Positions 12,425 through 25,100 of a stretch of 64,000 nucleotides of DNA are shown one piece after another (position 1 is the stretch's first letter; each line of letters starts with the position of its first letter). Below the pieces are notes generated by a model. The model was not told the origin of the DNA. It ran no database searches and was given only the letters and a program-made list of their open reading frames with translations. The position numbers and the translations under genes are program-made. Source of the DNA: Mobula hypostoma (taxonomy: Eukaryota); the NCBI RefSeq assembly GCF_963921235.1, contig NC_086108.1:50532001-50596000 (forward strand), written 5' to 3'.

Positions 12425-13523
12425 ATATCATTTCTGTAAAACGTCAATTCATTCACAGAATGGGAGGCAAACCAAACTAATGCATATTTCCGGCTAGTAC
12501 TAACATTCGTATAAACCTACACTATCTCAAGCAGTTTTTCAGCCACAACTGTCTATTCCAGTCGACTTATCTGCTTCCATGTCATTCAGACTCCATACAT
12601 CACAAATCTCTGTGAGGGATTTGTTATGTTACCTTAATGAAGATTGCAAAGAATAGCGGACCCAGAACACTAAGACATAACCAACTGCAGGGGATTTAGA
12701 ACTGAAAGCAATTGGTCAGATGACTACACGTACACTCAAGGCAACTGTAGGACACATCCAATGCATATTTGGAAGCCGGTTCACCCTGACTTAGCCAACT
12801 TCAATTATTCATTTAGATCTGATTCAACATTTCTCTTTAGATAAGAATCAGAAAGTGAACAAATAGAATCACGAATTGAAACCATTGCTTGGAAGTGACA
12901 TCATATCCAACATGTCTTAAACTTCTAGATATGATTAAACACTGCGTGTGTAAAATACCTATCAGCTAGCCCATCACAGATAGCTTACCCATTTTATCTA
13001 AAAAATTTTCTGTATCTGCAAATGTACAAGTACATTTTAAACATCTGTCGCATTGCCTTTTATAATAATTTTACTTATAGAGCACGTTCCATACAGATCA
13101 TGTAGTTCAAAGTACTTTACAATGGGATAAAATACAAGCATGAAAATATAAAAAGTTAAAATAAAAATAAACGTGAATATAAAAGACAAATGTTTATTTA
13201 AAAACAAATAAATAAATAGGTTTTGAGCTGATGTTTACAAGTGTCAACTAAGTCTGCATCCCATAGTTTTAGGTTTAGGTTTATAGTTTTCATATCAAAT
13301 GATATTAGCGTCTATTAAATAACTTATGCTATCCCTTGATGCCCAGCCCATGGCATTCTCTCTGGAGCCACCAAGTGTATTTACTATATTCAATTCAGTC
13401 CACGGAGACAATGTCAACTCGTGGAGTGATTCCATTTCTCTATGACCTATTCCCTTTCATGCCGATCGACTCCTCTTATTCCCCTACCAGCCATCGACAC
13501 CAAGGGATAATTTCAGTGTACAG

Positions 13524-14716
13524 CTAGACAATGGGGTGACCTGTTGGGGCACCCTTTGAAAGAAGGGTAGTGCAGACTGATGTGACCAGAATGAACATTA
13601 AATTTTCCTGAATGCTATTGGTATCGGTTTGCTTTGGAAATTGAAGCAGAAAACCTCAGTTTATTAAAGAAGAACGACGCATAGCAAGGCAAATATAGCT
13701 CCTCCCCGTTTAATGAAGGACTCTTTTGATGGCATCATTTCTGGTTGATCTGCCACCCTTGTGCCTCTCGTTGTCATTCTGGAGACATGCAACCCTTTCA
13801 TCCTCTGTCTCTTCATCTCTTCTGCTGTTTGTTCTTCGTCTCTGATCCTGCAGACATGCATTTCTCAGCTCCTTTGTCTCTTCCTCTCTTCTCCTTCTAT
13901 GCCAGTTGTTGTCATTTTGAAGACGTTCATGTCTCTCCTCCTCCTCTGTCTCTTCTTCTCTCATCTTTTTTGTCCTGACTCTTTGATCCTGGAGTCGTGC
14001 GGCCCTGGCCTCATCCGATTCTTGTTCTCTCCCTCTCCTTGCTGCTTCCCAACGACATTTGGCGTCATCTCTTGACCATAACGTCACACTTCCCTTTCCA
14101 TGCGGCATAATTAGGCTGGCCATATTTTTTTACCCTAATGCTGGATAGAAGATACGAAGCAGCAACACCAAAGCCTCCAGGATGCTAATTATTCTTGATG
14201 ATGTGGTTGGTGCTCTCCTAAATGGACGTGATATAGTCACCGCTGTCCTTTGACTGCAGCAAAGGGTTTGATGGGTGTCTCGAAGTATGTAATTACAATA
14301 AGATTTAATTATCTCTTATTGATGGGTCTCAGTTTGATCTGTCCCAATCCTGCACATGCTGATGGTGATTAGCAGAATGTGACCACTCGAAATAGAGCTG
14401 CCCTGCCCTTTTGCTCCGGTTGGTGTCACTGCTGTGAGCATCGTGAGTCGCTTCTGAGGGTGGCCGTGCGCATGCGTCGTGGTGTCGCATCACAGTTTCC
14501 ATCATGGCTGACATTGGCTCTCGGGTGAAAGTGGGGCTGTTGATTTTGGCGAGTGAGCAATTTTATACGAACATATAACCCCTGAACTTTGCCTGCATTC
14601 TATAAGTTAGCGCATTTTAAGTCGACTTAGCCAAAAATAGTGCCGCTGCAATGCACCGTTTGCGATAATTGGAGGTCACAAACAGAGCATGAGAGTTTTA
14701 GTAGTATATAGATAGA
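13524..14716 (-). mobile_element. Non-autonomous Helitron
   Basis: Minus strand starts TCTATCTATATACTACTAAAA and ends with hairpin gggtgcccc-aaca-ggtcaccc followed by cattgtCTAG; no TSD; splits a V-SINE-like repeat (13480-13523 / 14717-14870). Confidence 0.75.
13710..14123 (-). CDS. STPR-like repeat ORF (Helitron RepHel N-terminal remnant, 137 aa)
   Basis: Four roughly 23-aa repeats ESDEARAARLQDQR / ETEEEERHERLQNDN / ETKELRNACLQDQR / ETEDERVACLQNDN. Confidence 0.6.
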   Translation of the reverse strand: MASLIMPHGKGSVTLWSRDDAKCRWEAARRGREQESDEARAARLQDQRVRTKKMREEETEEEERHERLQNDNNWHRRRREEETKELRNACLQDQRRRTNSRRDEETEDERVACLQNDNERHKGGRSTRNDAIKRVLH

Positions 14717-14894
14717 TTAACTTACTAATCAGCAGGTTCTTGAGATGAGAGGAAACTGGAGAACCTAGGAGGAATATACAGTCAGAAAGGGAATGGGCAA
14801 ACTCCAAGCAAGCAGCCTCATTATGAACCCAAAACTAGTGGAATTGTCAAACAGCTGCACCCCTGTGCGGCCCTTGTTTGGTTTCTGGTTTTCT

Positions 14895-15128
14895 TATTTA
14901 CTTACAGAGATACAGTGTGGGATAGGCCCTTTGAGCCTCGCTGCCCGGCAATCCCCCAATTTAATCGCACCCTAATGACCGGACAATTAACAATGACCTA
15001 CCAACCAGTACGTCTTTGAATGGTGGGAGTAAACTGGAACACTGGAGGAAATCATGCACGGGTAGAACGCACAAACTCCTTAGACATCTATACTGTAAAG
15101 TGTTGTGCTAACCATTATGCTACTGTGC
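14895..15128 (-). mobile_element. V-domain SINE
   Basis: Same family as 9768 and 12152. Confidence 0.7.
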
Positions 15129-15711
15129 ACTTGAACTTTAATTGTGCCACCCCCCCCCAGGACACTATAACAGAAAGTTCAAATATTAACCAATACTGTA
15201 TTCATGGAAATGTTATCTCCAATAAAAATGTAGCCCAGTATCTCATTCTCTCCAACGTATATTTGTTCATTTATAAAAATAGGGGAATGGCACCTTTCAA
15301 ACAAAAATATTCAGCAGCAACATCTTTAAGATACCTACACAAATGTGGCACATACTTCATCAGGAATTAAACATGAACTTTAATTAGTGCTAGACAATTT
15401 TAAGTGGCTTCCTAAACAACAGGACAAAGGGACAGAGCCTTAAGGTCTCAGGTGAAGAACCTGTGACAATGATGATTCACCTTGAGTGTGTACTCAATCC
15501 TCGGGTGAAGGTCACCTCGAACTTACTGTATGTTACTAATTGAACTGATGTTAGTAGAATACCAATTACTTAAAGGTGCAGACTGTTTTTATTCTTTAAA
15601 AAAAACAGAACAGATAGAGGAGGAGAAATTAAAAACTAACTACTTCATGGGCTAAGCATTGTCTCATATCATGAGTGCTTCAACGAGACAAAAAACCAAG
15701 AGTTTTTTTTA

Positions 15712-16330
15712 AGATTATGAAGACACGTAGTCCTCTTTTATTGTCATTTAGTAATGCATGCATTAAGAAATGATACAATATTTCCTCCGGTGTGATATCA
15801 CAAAACACAGGGCAGACCAAGACTGAAAAAACTGAAAAAACCACATAATTATACATATAGTTACAACAGTGCAACAATACCATAACTTGATGAAGAAAGT
15901 CTGTGAGCACAGCAAAGTTCAAAGTTTCTCAAATGTCCCACACCTCATGCAGACGGGAGAGGGAAGAAAAACTCTCCCTGCCATGCCGACCACAATCCGA
16001 CTCTGAGTCATCCGAAAACTTCGAGCTCTGATCAGTTCTCCGACACCGAGTACCAAGCGGCATCTCTGCCGAAAGATTTGACCTCCTTCTTGGTCGCCAA
16101 AATCAGGCAAGGCCGGGGATTTTGAGGCCTACCCTTCGGAAGATTCCCGACTGCGCAGTAACAACAGCAGCGAACGGGCGATTAAGAAATTTCTCCAGAT
16201 GTCCCTCTGGGATTTCACGTCTATTCTCCATCAAATCAGAATTGTCCACAGTCCCTATTTAACAGATACAACATCATTTTTCACCGGAGAGCTGCGCACA
16301 CGTGGTGCACTGCTATCTTCTCCTCCCGCC
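15712..16330 (-). mobile_element. Short non-autonomous LINE derivative (CpG-rich 5' end joined to LINE-type 3' tail)
   Basis: CpG-rich head ggcgggaggagaagatagcagtgcaccacgtgtgcgcagc; 3' end shared with 11002-11230 including aataaaagaggact and an aatct tail; no RT coding. Confidence 0.55.
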
Positions 16331-18786
16331 ATCACTGTTAATGAAAATATGCAAACAAGTATTTCTCCAGGAAAAGTATACCTTTTCTCTCTTGTGCAAC
16401 TTAGGGACAGCAGTGACACACAAGATGCTGGAGGAACTCAGTGGTCAGGCAGCATCTATAGAGAGGATCTTCTCCATAACTGCTGACTGACCTGCCACAT
16501 TCCTCCTTGTGTGTGTTATTCTGCACTTCCAGCACCACAGAATTTCCTCTGTCGGTGACGTTCTGCCAGCTCCGTGGTTGTGCATTCCATTCCATTAAAA
16601 AAAAGGCCATATTGACGTCAGGCATTTATGGAAACACTTTCTCACAAACAGCAATAAATACCTCTAAAACATTAGTATTACAAAGGATGATTTCACATAC
16701 TGAGCAAAGCAGGCAAGGGGAAAATCCCAATATTCCAGTGCTAACTTCCTGCACCAAGCAAGGACTGAGGCCAGAAAAGAAAAATCAATCAGCAGCTGTG
16801 GAAAGTGAAAATAAAGGTTGCTTTTTTAGGTCAAAGACTGGGTGGGAAAAATTAAAAGGTACTGTGATTTTAAATTGCAGAAAAGGACAAGGGAATATTT
16901 GTGATGGGGTGAGATCAGAATTATTATGCCAGTGAGCTGCAACAGTTATGGAGTAAAATAGTTAACGGAGACAATACTGGCAAAGAACAATGACGTGTTG
17001 CAAACAGAAAGGCTGTGTGGGTCATTTCCAGCAGCACAGGCTATGCCAGTGAAAAGAGAAAAATAAAACCCTATCATAGATGGATGTTCTACAGCAAAAA
17101 TGACCAGTTCTGATACAGACAGTGAACTTGTGTTACCTCAGTTTGGAGAAATCAACACTGAGCCCACAAGGCAATGCTCTTTGACTCTGTGTTGGGCTTC
17201 AGTGTAACGGCATTATTTCCTGGGCTGACAGCTTGCAAGCCATAATCCTGATGACTAGGTTTACAAAAGAGAGGATGGTTAATGTCACAGAACAAAAACA
17301 AAACTGTATTTTTGCTCCAACACATTTTTCAGTCCTCCTCACCTCATGCTGACAATTTTCACATAGTTACGCATTTAATTTTTCCAGAACTAGTGAGAAG
17401 CTGTTCGGCCTGAATGACTACAATCCAAATCAAGTTATTACATGGAGCATACAGAGATGCATTAGAAAGAAAAGAGTCGGGTGAAAAAGAGAAGGATGAG
17501 TCTCCTAGATCACAAACTTTGGTACAAGTCAGTTATGCCAGACTTAATATTTAGTTTATCCTCCCAAAACAATGCAAAAGTCAAGATTTAGACAGGGCGA
17601 GAGCAAAATTAAGTTTTATGTTTTCATTAACGATGTTCTGGAAAGCCACTGGCAATACACAAGATGGTAAAAGGAACAAAGAAAACAAAATCAAGCAATT
17701 TTAATGATGCTGTTTAAAAGTCTGAAACCCCTGTGAAATTGCAAGACAGACAGACATTTCCTCCATTTCCTTGCTCTCTCCAGAACAACTTTGCTAGCCT
17801 GACCACAATCATGATCCTTACCTGAAACTAAGCTTAAGGAAGTGTTTTTTTTAAATCTGCAGATGCTGGAAATCTGAAATAAGGACTTGAAGCGTTCAGG
17901 AGGTCAGGCAACAGGAGTGAAAGGAGAAATAAAGATAACGTTTCAGGCTAGCCTTCTTCCAGAAGTGGGAAAGAAATAAAATGGTAGTTTTACATTGCAG
18001 AGAACATAACGAGGGAGATAGATAGAATCCTCCCACCAACATAGGACCATTTTTTTCCCCTGTCTCCTAGTTCTGATGAAGGGCTTTCAACCTTTAAAAT
18101 TAACTGTTTCCCTATCCACAGATATTGTCTGAACTGCTGAGTGCTTACAACTTTTAAAACATTTATTTCTTTTTCACATTGTTGTTCAGACCAAGTCTGA
18201 CACCAATGAATTAACCCTCCAAGTTTTGAAACTTTCCTCTTCATTGTCTTTCTCAAGGAAAAGATTTGCATAGCTGATTGCTTTCATTTTTAACCCAAAG
18301 CAAAATTTACTCTTCAACGACCAAACTGTCCGGGTATGCTTTGACTTGCATCACCAGTGACATACAATAACCTTAGTATACTTTTCGGTTCCATTTCAGG
18401 AAATGAACAGACATTATCAATTATTAGCTTCCCTGTGTCGACTGAATTGCATTGGCTTATTAACAGGCTGAGGTACACAAAGGGTGCGGCTTTACCATCC
18501 TGCTTAAGCCAGTGGGCTCTATAGTTTGACTACTTTGCTTTGATATTTTGGCCAGCATTCATCCCAACCCAATGCCTAAAATGACAATGATCTGGATGTT
18601 TATTTCAGGAGTCTTTATGACAGCTTGCCACGGCTTTTCTCATTACTTTAATATAACATAAACAATGCATTTCCCTGTATGCTCTGATGTACATGTGATA
18701 CATAAACCTGAATTTTGAATCAATTTGAATCTATAGTAAGTACCTCAGTAGTGTTACTACACTTTGAAAATGCAAATATTCAAAAG

Positions 18787-19390
18787 CTTTATTGGGTGCC
18801 TCCTTGAGCTCATACTGTGGCCACTGGGTGTATTTCTGTATGTTCATAGTCTTCTACTGCTGTAGTCCATCCACATCAAGGTTCGACATGTTGTGCATTT
18901 AGAGATGCTCTTCTGCACACCATTGTTGTAAGGCATGACTGCCTGAGTTACTGTAGCCTTCCAGTCTGGTCATTCTCCTCTGACCTCTCTCATTAACAAG
19001 ACATTTTCACCCACAGAACTGCCACTCACTGGATGTTGTTTTCTTTTTTTAAAAAAAATTACACCATTCCCTGCAAACTGTAGAGACATTTGTGCATTAA
19101 AATCCCCGGAGATCAGTAATTTCTGAGATACTCAAACCACTCCCTCTGCACTAACAATCTTTTTATTTTTTATTTTTATTTTTATTTTATTATTTATTTT
19201 TAACAAGTATATATAAAAGTCAAAGTCACTTAGATCACATTTCCTCCCCATTTTGATGTTTGATCTGAACAACGACTGAGCCCCTTGATGCTGTCTCGAT
19301 GCTTCTATGCATTGAGATGCTGTCACATGATTGGTTGATCAGATATTTGCATTAACAAGCAGGTGTGCCTAATAATGTGACAACTGAGTG
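18787..19390. mobile_element. Degenerate Tc1-like non-autonomous element
   Basis: Right end gtgcctaataatgtgacaactgagtg and left gtggccactgggtg resemble a CACTCAGTGGCCACTTTATTAGG-type TIR. Confidence 0.55.
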
Positions 19391-21104
19391 CAAATGCACA
19401 GCTCCAACCACCCAAACTGCTGGTGCTGGCTGTATGGAGTTCACACATTACTTTTGAGATTGTGTAGATTTCCCCTGGTTACTCCGGTTTCCTCCAATAT
19501 CCCATGCATGGTCACTAATTTAATCCTCAGGTATAGAACGGTGGTACAATTTGATGGGCAGTGGCAGACAAGGGAGGGGGTGGGATGTCAGGAGCTGATG
19601 GGGATGTGGGGAGAATAAAATGGAGTCAGTTCTGATGAAGAGTTGCAGACCCAAAACATTTAACTGTTTCTCTTGCCACAGATGCTGCCCAGCTTGCTGG
19701 GTTTTTCCCCAGTATTTTGTTCTTGTTTGAGATTTTCAGATTATGCAGTTTTTTTCCCCTGAACTTCACAACAGATTTGGTATTGAAAAGTTGGGAGGCT
19801 GAAGGGTCTGTTTCTCTCCAGAAATTGCCTTAGCAACACAGCGTGGAAACAAAAATCAAATTATAATTTGTATTACAGATTATGGAGAGGTACAGTGAAA
19901 TAGGATCAAGGAAGAACAATCTGGAAGGGTTAGATATCTGTGGCCATGTACAGAACTGTATGACTAAATTTAAAAAGAATTCATGAATTAGTCAAAATGG
20001 AGATTACATGGTTGGAGGATGAGGAAATTTAAACAAGTATATATTAAAAAAAAGTTTGCTGAACTAAAGAAGAGGGGAACATGCCTTCTAAACGATTTTC
20101 CTTTGGGTCTAAAATAAAATTCAGTAACAGTGAGAGACACAAGAGACTGCATACGATGGAATCAAGAACAACGATCTGCTGGGAAAGAACTTAGTACATC
20201 AAGGGGCACGTGCGGAAGGAAAGAGGTTGCTGAAAGTCGAAGCCCTGCATCAGAGCTCATGACTGCATCAGCAAGAAGCAGAGTTTAGTTTTTGAAGGAA
20301 CTGCCTCATAATATTTTGCTGCACTGCTCTGACAGTGCAATATCATCCTTGTGTTTTCAATGTTATTGCTGAATTCATTAACTTAAGCTATGGCCTCGGC
20401 AAGACACAAACAGACTGAACAGTTTTCATTTGCAATCACTTGGCTTATTGACTGCTTTTCCACATTGAAAAACCTTTCACCAAAAATTCATGAACTTACT
20501 TTTCCTTCCTAACTGCAGAGTCACATGTCTGCAATTTAAATAGAAATGCACAGGATTTGCAGAACTGAAACAAACCATCAGCCTCAGTCCGAGTTTCCTC
20601 CACTTCATTTCAAGCTACTTCTGCATCCTTTCCATGTTCATAATTGTTTACACTTATCTTTGACCTTGGTCATTGAAGTGCTTCAGTGCACCAAAGGCTG
20701 TCAATCCACAAAGTTAATGGCTTACTTGCATGTCCCTTGTGTGGATGCACAACTAACAATAGTGAGGTCTCACTGCTGCCGCAGCTCCACAAAGTCGCCC
20801 TGTCTGCAAATCACCTACTAATTTATACTGTCAGAAGACTAAACCAACACCTCCAAAGATTAGAGATATTTACAAACAGTGGAAATACATTTAACTAATT
20901 GAAACATATTTAAAAAATATAAGTGTTTACTTATGTAAGTCAATTGAAAATATTAAGTCAAAATAAATGTTAAGAAAAACAAATTACTTAACTTGGCTTA
21001 TCATTTTATTGATGGTTAGTGATCAGACTAGTCAGTGTGCATATGCTATAGGTGCCACCTATTGCTGGCATAAAGCCAAAAGGCAAAACACAAAGAGAAT
21101 CTGG

Positions 21105-21760
21105 CCACAGATCCCTGAAAGTTGCCTCACAGGTGGATAGGGTAGTTAAGAAAGCTTATGGGGTGTTAGCTTTCATAAGTCGAGGGATAGAGTTTAAGAG
21201 TCGCGATGTAATGATGCAGCTCTATAAAACTCTGGTTAGGCCACACTTGGAGTACTGTGTCCAGTTCTGGTCGCCTCACTATAGGAAGGATGTGGAAGCA
21301 TTGGAAAGGGTACAGAGGAGATTTACCAGGATGCTGCCTGGTTTAGAAAGTATGCATTATGATCAGAGATTAAGGGAGCTAGTGCTTTACTCTTTGGAGA
21401 GAAGGAGGATGAGAGGAGACATGATAGAGGTGTACAAGATAATAAGAGGAATAGATAGAGTGGATAGCCAGCGCCTCTTCCCCAGGGCACCACTGCTCAA
21501 TACAAGAGGACATGGCTTTAAGGTAAGGGGTGGGAAATTCAAGGGGGATATTAGAGGAAGGCTTCTTACTCAGAGAGTGGTTGGTGCGTGGAATGCACTG
21601 CCTGAGTCAGTGGTGGAGGCAGATACACTGGTGAAATTTAAGAGACTACTAGACAGGTATATGGAGGAATTTAAGGTGGGGGCTTATATGGGAGGCAGGG
21701 TTGTGGACCGAAGGGGCTGTACTGTGCTGTACTATTCTATGTTCTACGTTCTATGTTCTC
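21105..21760 (+). mobile_element. Young 5'-truncated CR1 LINE (uninterrupted RT C-terminus)
   Basis: ORF 21052..21831 SLKVASQVDRVVKKAYG...LVRPHLEYCVQFWSPH...TRGH...FKRLLDRYM; (ctatgtt)n tail. Confidence 0.92.
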
Positions 21761-22090
21761 ATCTCAGTGACATTAGAAACTGCTCCCCTGCTCTAAGAAT
21801 GGAGCAAAAGCTGTGGTGGTCCTGCGTCTGATTTCCACCGTTATCCTTGTTCCACCTGGAACATGCTGGTAAGTGTGCTGGCATTTCTCAGCAGAGCCAC
21901 TCATTAGCTGTTTTAGATTTGTGATACTGGGAAGCCGGGTAGCCAAGAATAACGCATGAGAGACAGACGTGAGGAAGATACATGCTGCTGTTTATTTTAC
22001 TTGTAAGTCACCTACCCAGAATGCCCTCCGACATGACTTTCAGTACATAACACACCCGGGAAGCTTGACAGCTACCCGTAAGAGTTAAAC

Positions 22091-22848
22091 CAGTGGTCCC
22101 CAACCACCGGGCCACGGACTGGTACCGAGGCGCAGGAAACGATATGAGTCAGCTGCACCTTTCCTCATTCCGTCATGCACTATTGAACTTGAACATAGGG
22201 TTGCCAACTGTCCCGTATTAGCCGGGACATCCCGTATATTGGTCTAAATTGGTTTGTCCCATACAGGACCTCCCTTGGCCTGTATTTCTCCCGCTAAGGT
22301 AGAGCGTTCCTAAAAAACCTTTCGTGCTGAAATGCCGTGAAGCAATTACTATTAATTTATATGGGAAATTTTTTTGAGCGTTCCCAGACCCAAAAAATAA
22401 CCTACCAAATTATACCAAATAACACATAAAACGTAAATAACACTAACACATAGTGAAAGCAGGAATGATATGATAAATACACAGCCTATATAAAGTAGAA
22501 ATAATGTATGTACAGTATTGTCGGGAAGATGAAGGCAAAACAGATTTGTGGGAAAAAAAAATCAGCAAATACGCGCAGCTACGCGCACATCACGCATGAA
22601 CACACATGTGCCCGTGCAAGGCTTCATGGTCATGCTAGTCTTTCCTGGGGTAAAGTGTCCCGGGATTTGACTGCTACTTTTGTCCCTTATTTGGGAGTGA
22701 GAAAGTTGGCAATCCTAACTGTAAAAGACACGTTGAAGTGAGTTTAACCCTACTTGAACACACCCCCCCACCCCCGCCGTTGGCCGGTCCGCAAGAATAT
22801 TGTCAATATTAAACCGGTCCGCGGTGCAAAAAAGGTTGGGGACCCCTG
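22091..22848. mobile_element. hAT (Charlie-like) non-autonomous element
   Basis: TIRs cagtggtccccaacc / ggttggggacccctg; 8-bp TSD agttaaac (22083-22090) / ggttaaac (22849-22856). Confidence 0.85.
22196..22752. mobile_element. hAT (Blackjack/Tip100-like) element nested inside the Charlie-like element
   Basis: Starts tagggttgccaact with tgtcccg subterminal motifs; ends aacccta; perfect 8-bp TSD cttgaaca at 22188-22195 and 22753-22760. Confidence 0.8.
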
Positions 22849-24846
22849 GGTTAAACTGTACATAAATATATAACATATCCCTCCCCCCTTATTTTAAAGG
22901 TTTCTCCCTCTTCCCATATACAAACCAGCTGCTGAACTATTAACGGAGTAATTATTAAATTGAAACAACAAAAAGCATTTTTTTCTAAACTAGGGAAACA
23001 GGGTAGACTGTCTCTAGTCCCAGACATAACCCTGGGAATGTTCTGCCCCATGTGCTGAGGGTTTATCACGAGAGGTTCAATATATCGGGAGACCGCCTAG
23101 GAGGGTGTCAACAGCCTAGCGATAACACCAAAGCCATTTTATCTCTTGGTCCTGTACGTATGGATCTGGCTTGCACACTGCATTGTCAGTAGGGGGCATC
23201 AGGTGATGGGGCATGAATGGCCTTGCTGATTCACCAGCAATTTGATGATTCTGATGGGCAAGCAGGTCACCTAGAATATCAGGGGATGCAGGCCACATTA
23301 CAGGGGCAGTAGAATTTCAGGGGATTTTGATTGCAACGGCAATGTACTACTTGCCTTCATGCCGTTAACTAGCTTATTGAAAGCAGTCATATGTGCCTTT
23401 TTCTTGTATTTTTGAGGACCAAATGATGTAGTTAGAGTCTGTTTCAGATGAACAGGATGGCAAGCTTCCTTTCAGATTCCATTTTGAGACCTTTCAGTTC
23501 TGTTTCCACAGACAAAACCACCCCAGTCTGAACTCTCCTTTAGGCTCTCCTTGTTGGCAGTACGACTAGACAGCAGTCATTTCACATCCACATTTTCTTT
23601 TCACAGTATTTCTAAAATATTGACCTTTTCATTAATCTCTTTAATATCTTCAGTTGATGGAATGGGAGCAAAGTAGTTTGCAAGCTGTGAAACAGCAGTT
23701 GGGATCTCCTGCTCCAGAACAGCATGTCACTCAAGTTCTTCATGTGGGGTAACTGTAGGCCACTGGAGTGACTACCTGGTTACTTGAAAACCATTGACTG
23801 AACCAGCTGGATGACACTGACCCTTCACTAAGCACCTCTTCAGTCATCGATGCTAGTCCAGGTACACGTTTCTCCTTGTTGAGGTCAAAGTTTCCCAATG
23901 AGGGCTTAAGTCAGACCGGTTCCTGGGAACTTCTTGGTCAGCTTCTGATAAGTATCACATCACCTCTGCTCACCATCAACACATTTACCATCACCAAACT
24001 CTCGAATGCGCTTTTCCATATAGTCTCGTTCCCTTCCTTCTCTAGCTTCTTTGTCACACAAGTCTTGGTCTCTGCCATCCTGACCAAAGGATCTTAGTGT
24101 TATTTTGTGTCCACTTCTAATTTTCCACCAGTACCCAACTGACAAATATTTTCATTTTCCTTATTTTCCAAATACGCATCCAGGTCATTGACTCGTAGAG
24201 GTATTAGTCACTTGACAGCCAACAACAAAGCTTCAGCACTGAGGATAGAGTACAACATCAAAATATTCTTCCCTTATTCTCTCTCATGGATCTACAATTT
24301 TTTGCTTGAGAACTCCTCACTCCAAATCTAACGCATAATCTTTCTTAGTTCCACCCAGTGGCAAACTCCTGCCAGAACTGGGATACAAGGATGCCTGCCA
24401 CTTTACAGGGTCCCAGATGCCTTCCCTGTCATATTTTTCCAAAAGACACACTGGTCTCTCCTTTACATATGGGTACTCTTTGATTTTTAGCAGCCTTTCC
24501 TTGTAATATCTATATGGTTTCTTCATGCCACACATTTTTATTGTATCATTTAATTGATCTTTTTTCTTCAATCCCTTTTTTTTTATTAAATCCATGCTGT
24601 CACCAAGGCTCAGCAACCACCTCCACAATTCTGCTCAGAACGCAGGCTTAACAGTGATTCCTTTCATACTGCCCAGTTCTTTGTTGAATACTTCTGCATA
24701 TTTCTTCAAAACCTCTTGGAGACTAGTGTTACCACCAATCAAGTGCACTTATTGCCAGTTAAGTCTTAGCTGCCCAGAAGCACTGAATAACTACCTGTTA
24801 CCAATGTACAGTGTTTCTGTTCATTAATCTCCACTATAACAGTGGA

Positions 24847-25100
24847 CACAGAGGGGATGTCAGGGGTAAGTTGTTGTTCGTTTTTTTTGTTTACACAGAG
24901 AGTGGTGAGTGCATGGAATGGGCTGCCGGCGACGGTGGTGGAGGCAGATATGATAGGGTCTTTTAAGAGACTTCTGGATAGGTACATGGAGCTTAGAAAA
25001 ATAGAGAGCTATGGGTAACTCTAGGTAACTTCTAAAGTAAGTACATATTTGGCACAGCATTGCGGGTATAGCATAGGTTTTCTATGTTCTATGTTTCTAT
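24847..25100 (+). mobile_element. CR1 3' end inserted into the Gypsy internal region
   Basis: ttacacagagagtggtgagtgcatggaatggg...ttctatgttctatgtttcta tail; same subfamily as 52433-52680. Confidence 0.85.

Noticed and set aside
16507..16935. 142-aa ORF, and a TGACGTCA (CRE) at 16613-16620
   Set aside because: No recognisable domain, a non-ATG start within a repeat remnant; a single 8-mer is expected by chance in 64 kb.
20500..20528. 29-nt minus-strand micro-exon (ttgcag|...|GTAAGT)
   Set aside because: Weak pyrimidine tract; cannot be distinguished from chance without RNA data.
21052..21831. Longest ORF (259 aa) as a host gene
   Set aside because: It is the CR1 reverse-transcriptase C-terminus with read-through flanks; the same holds for 37532..38161, and 45132..45686 is Tx1.
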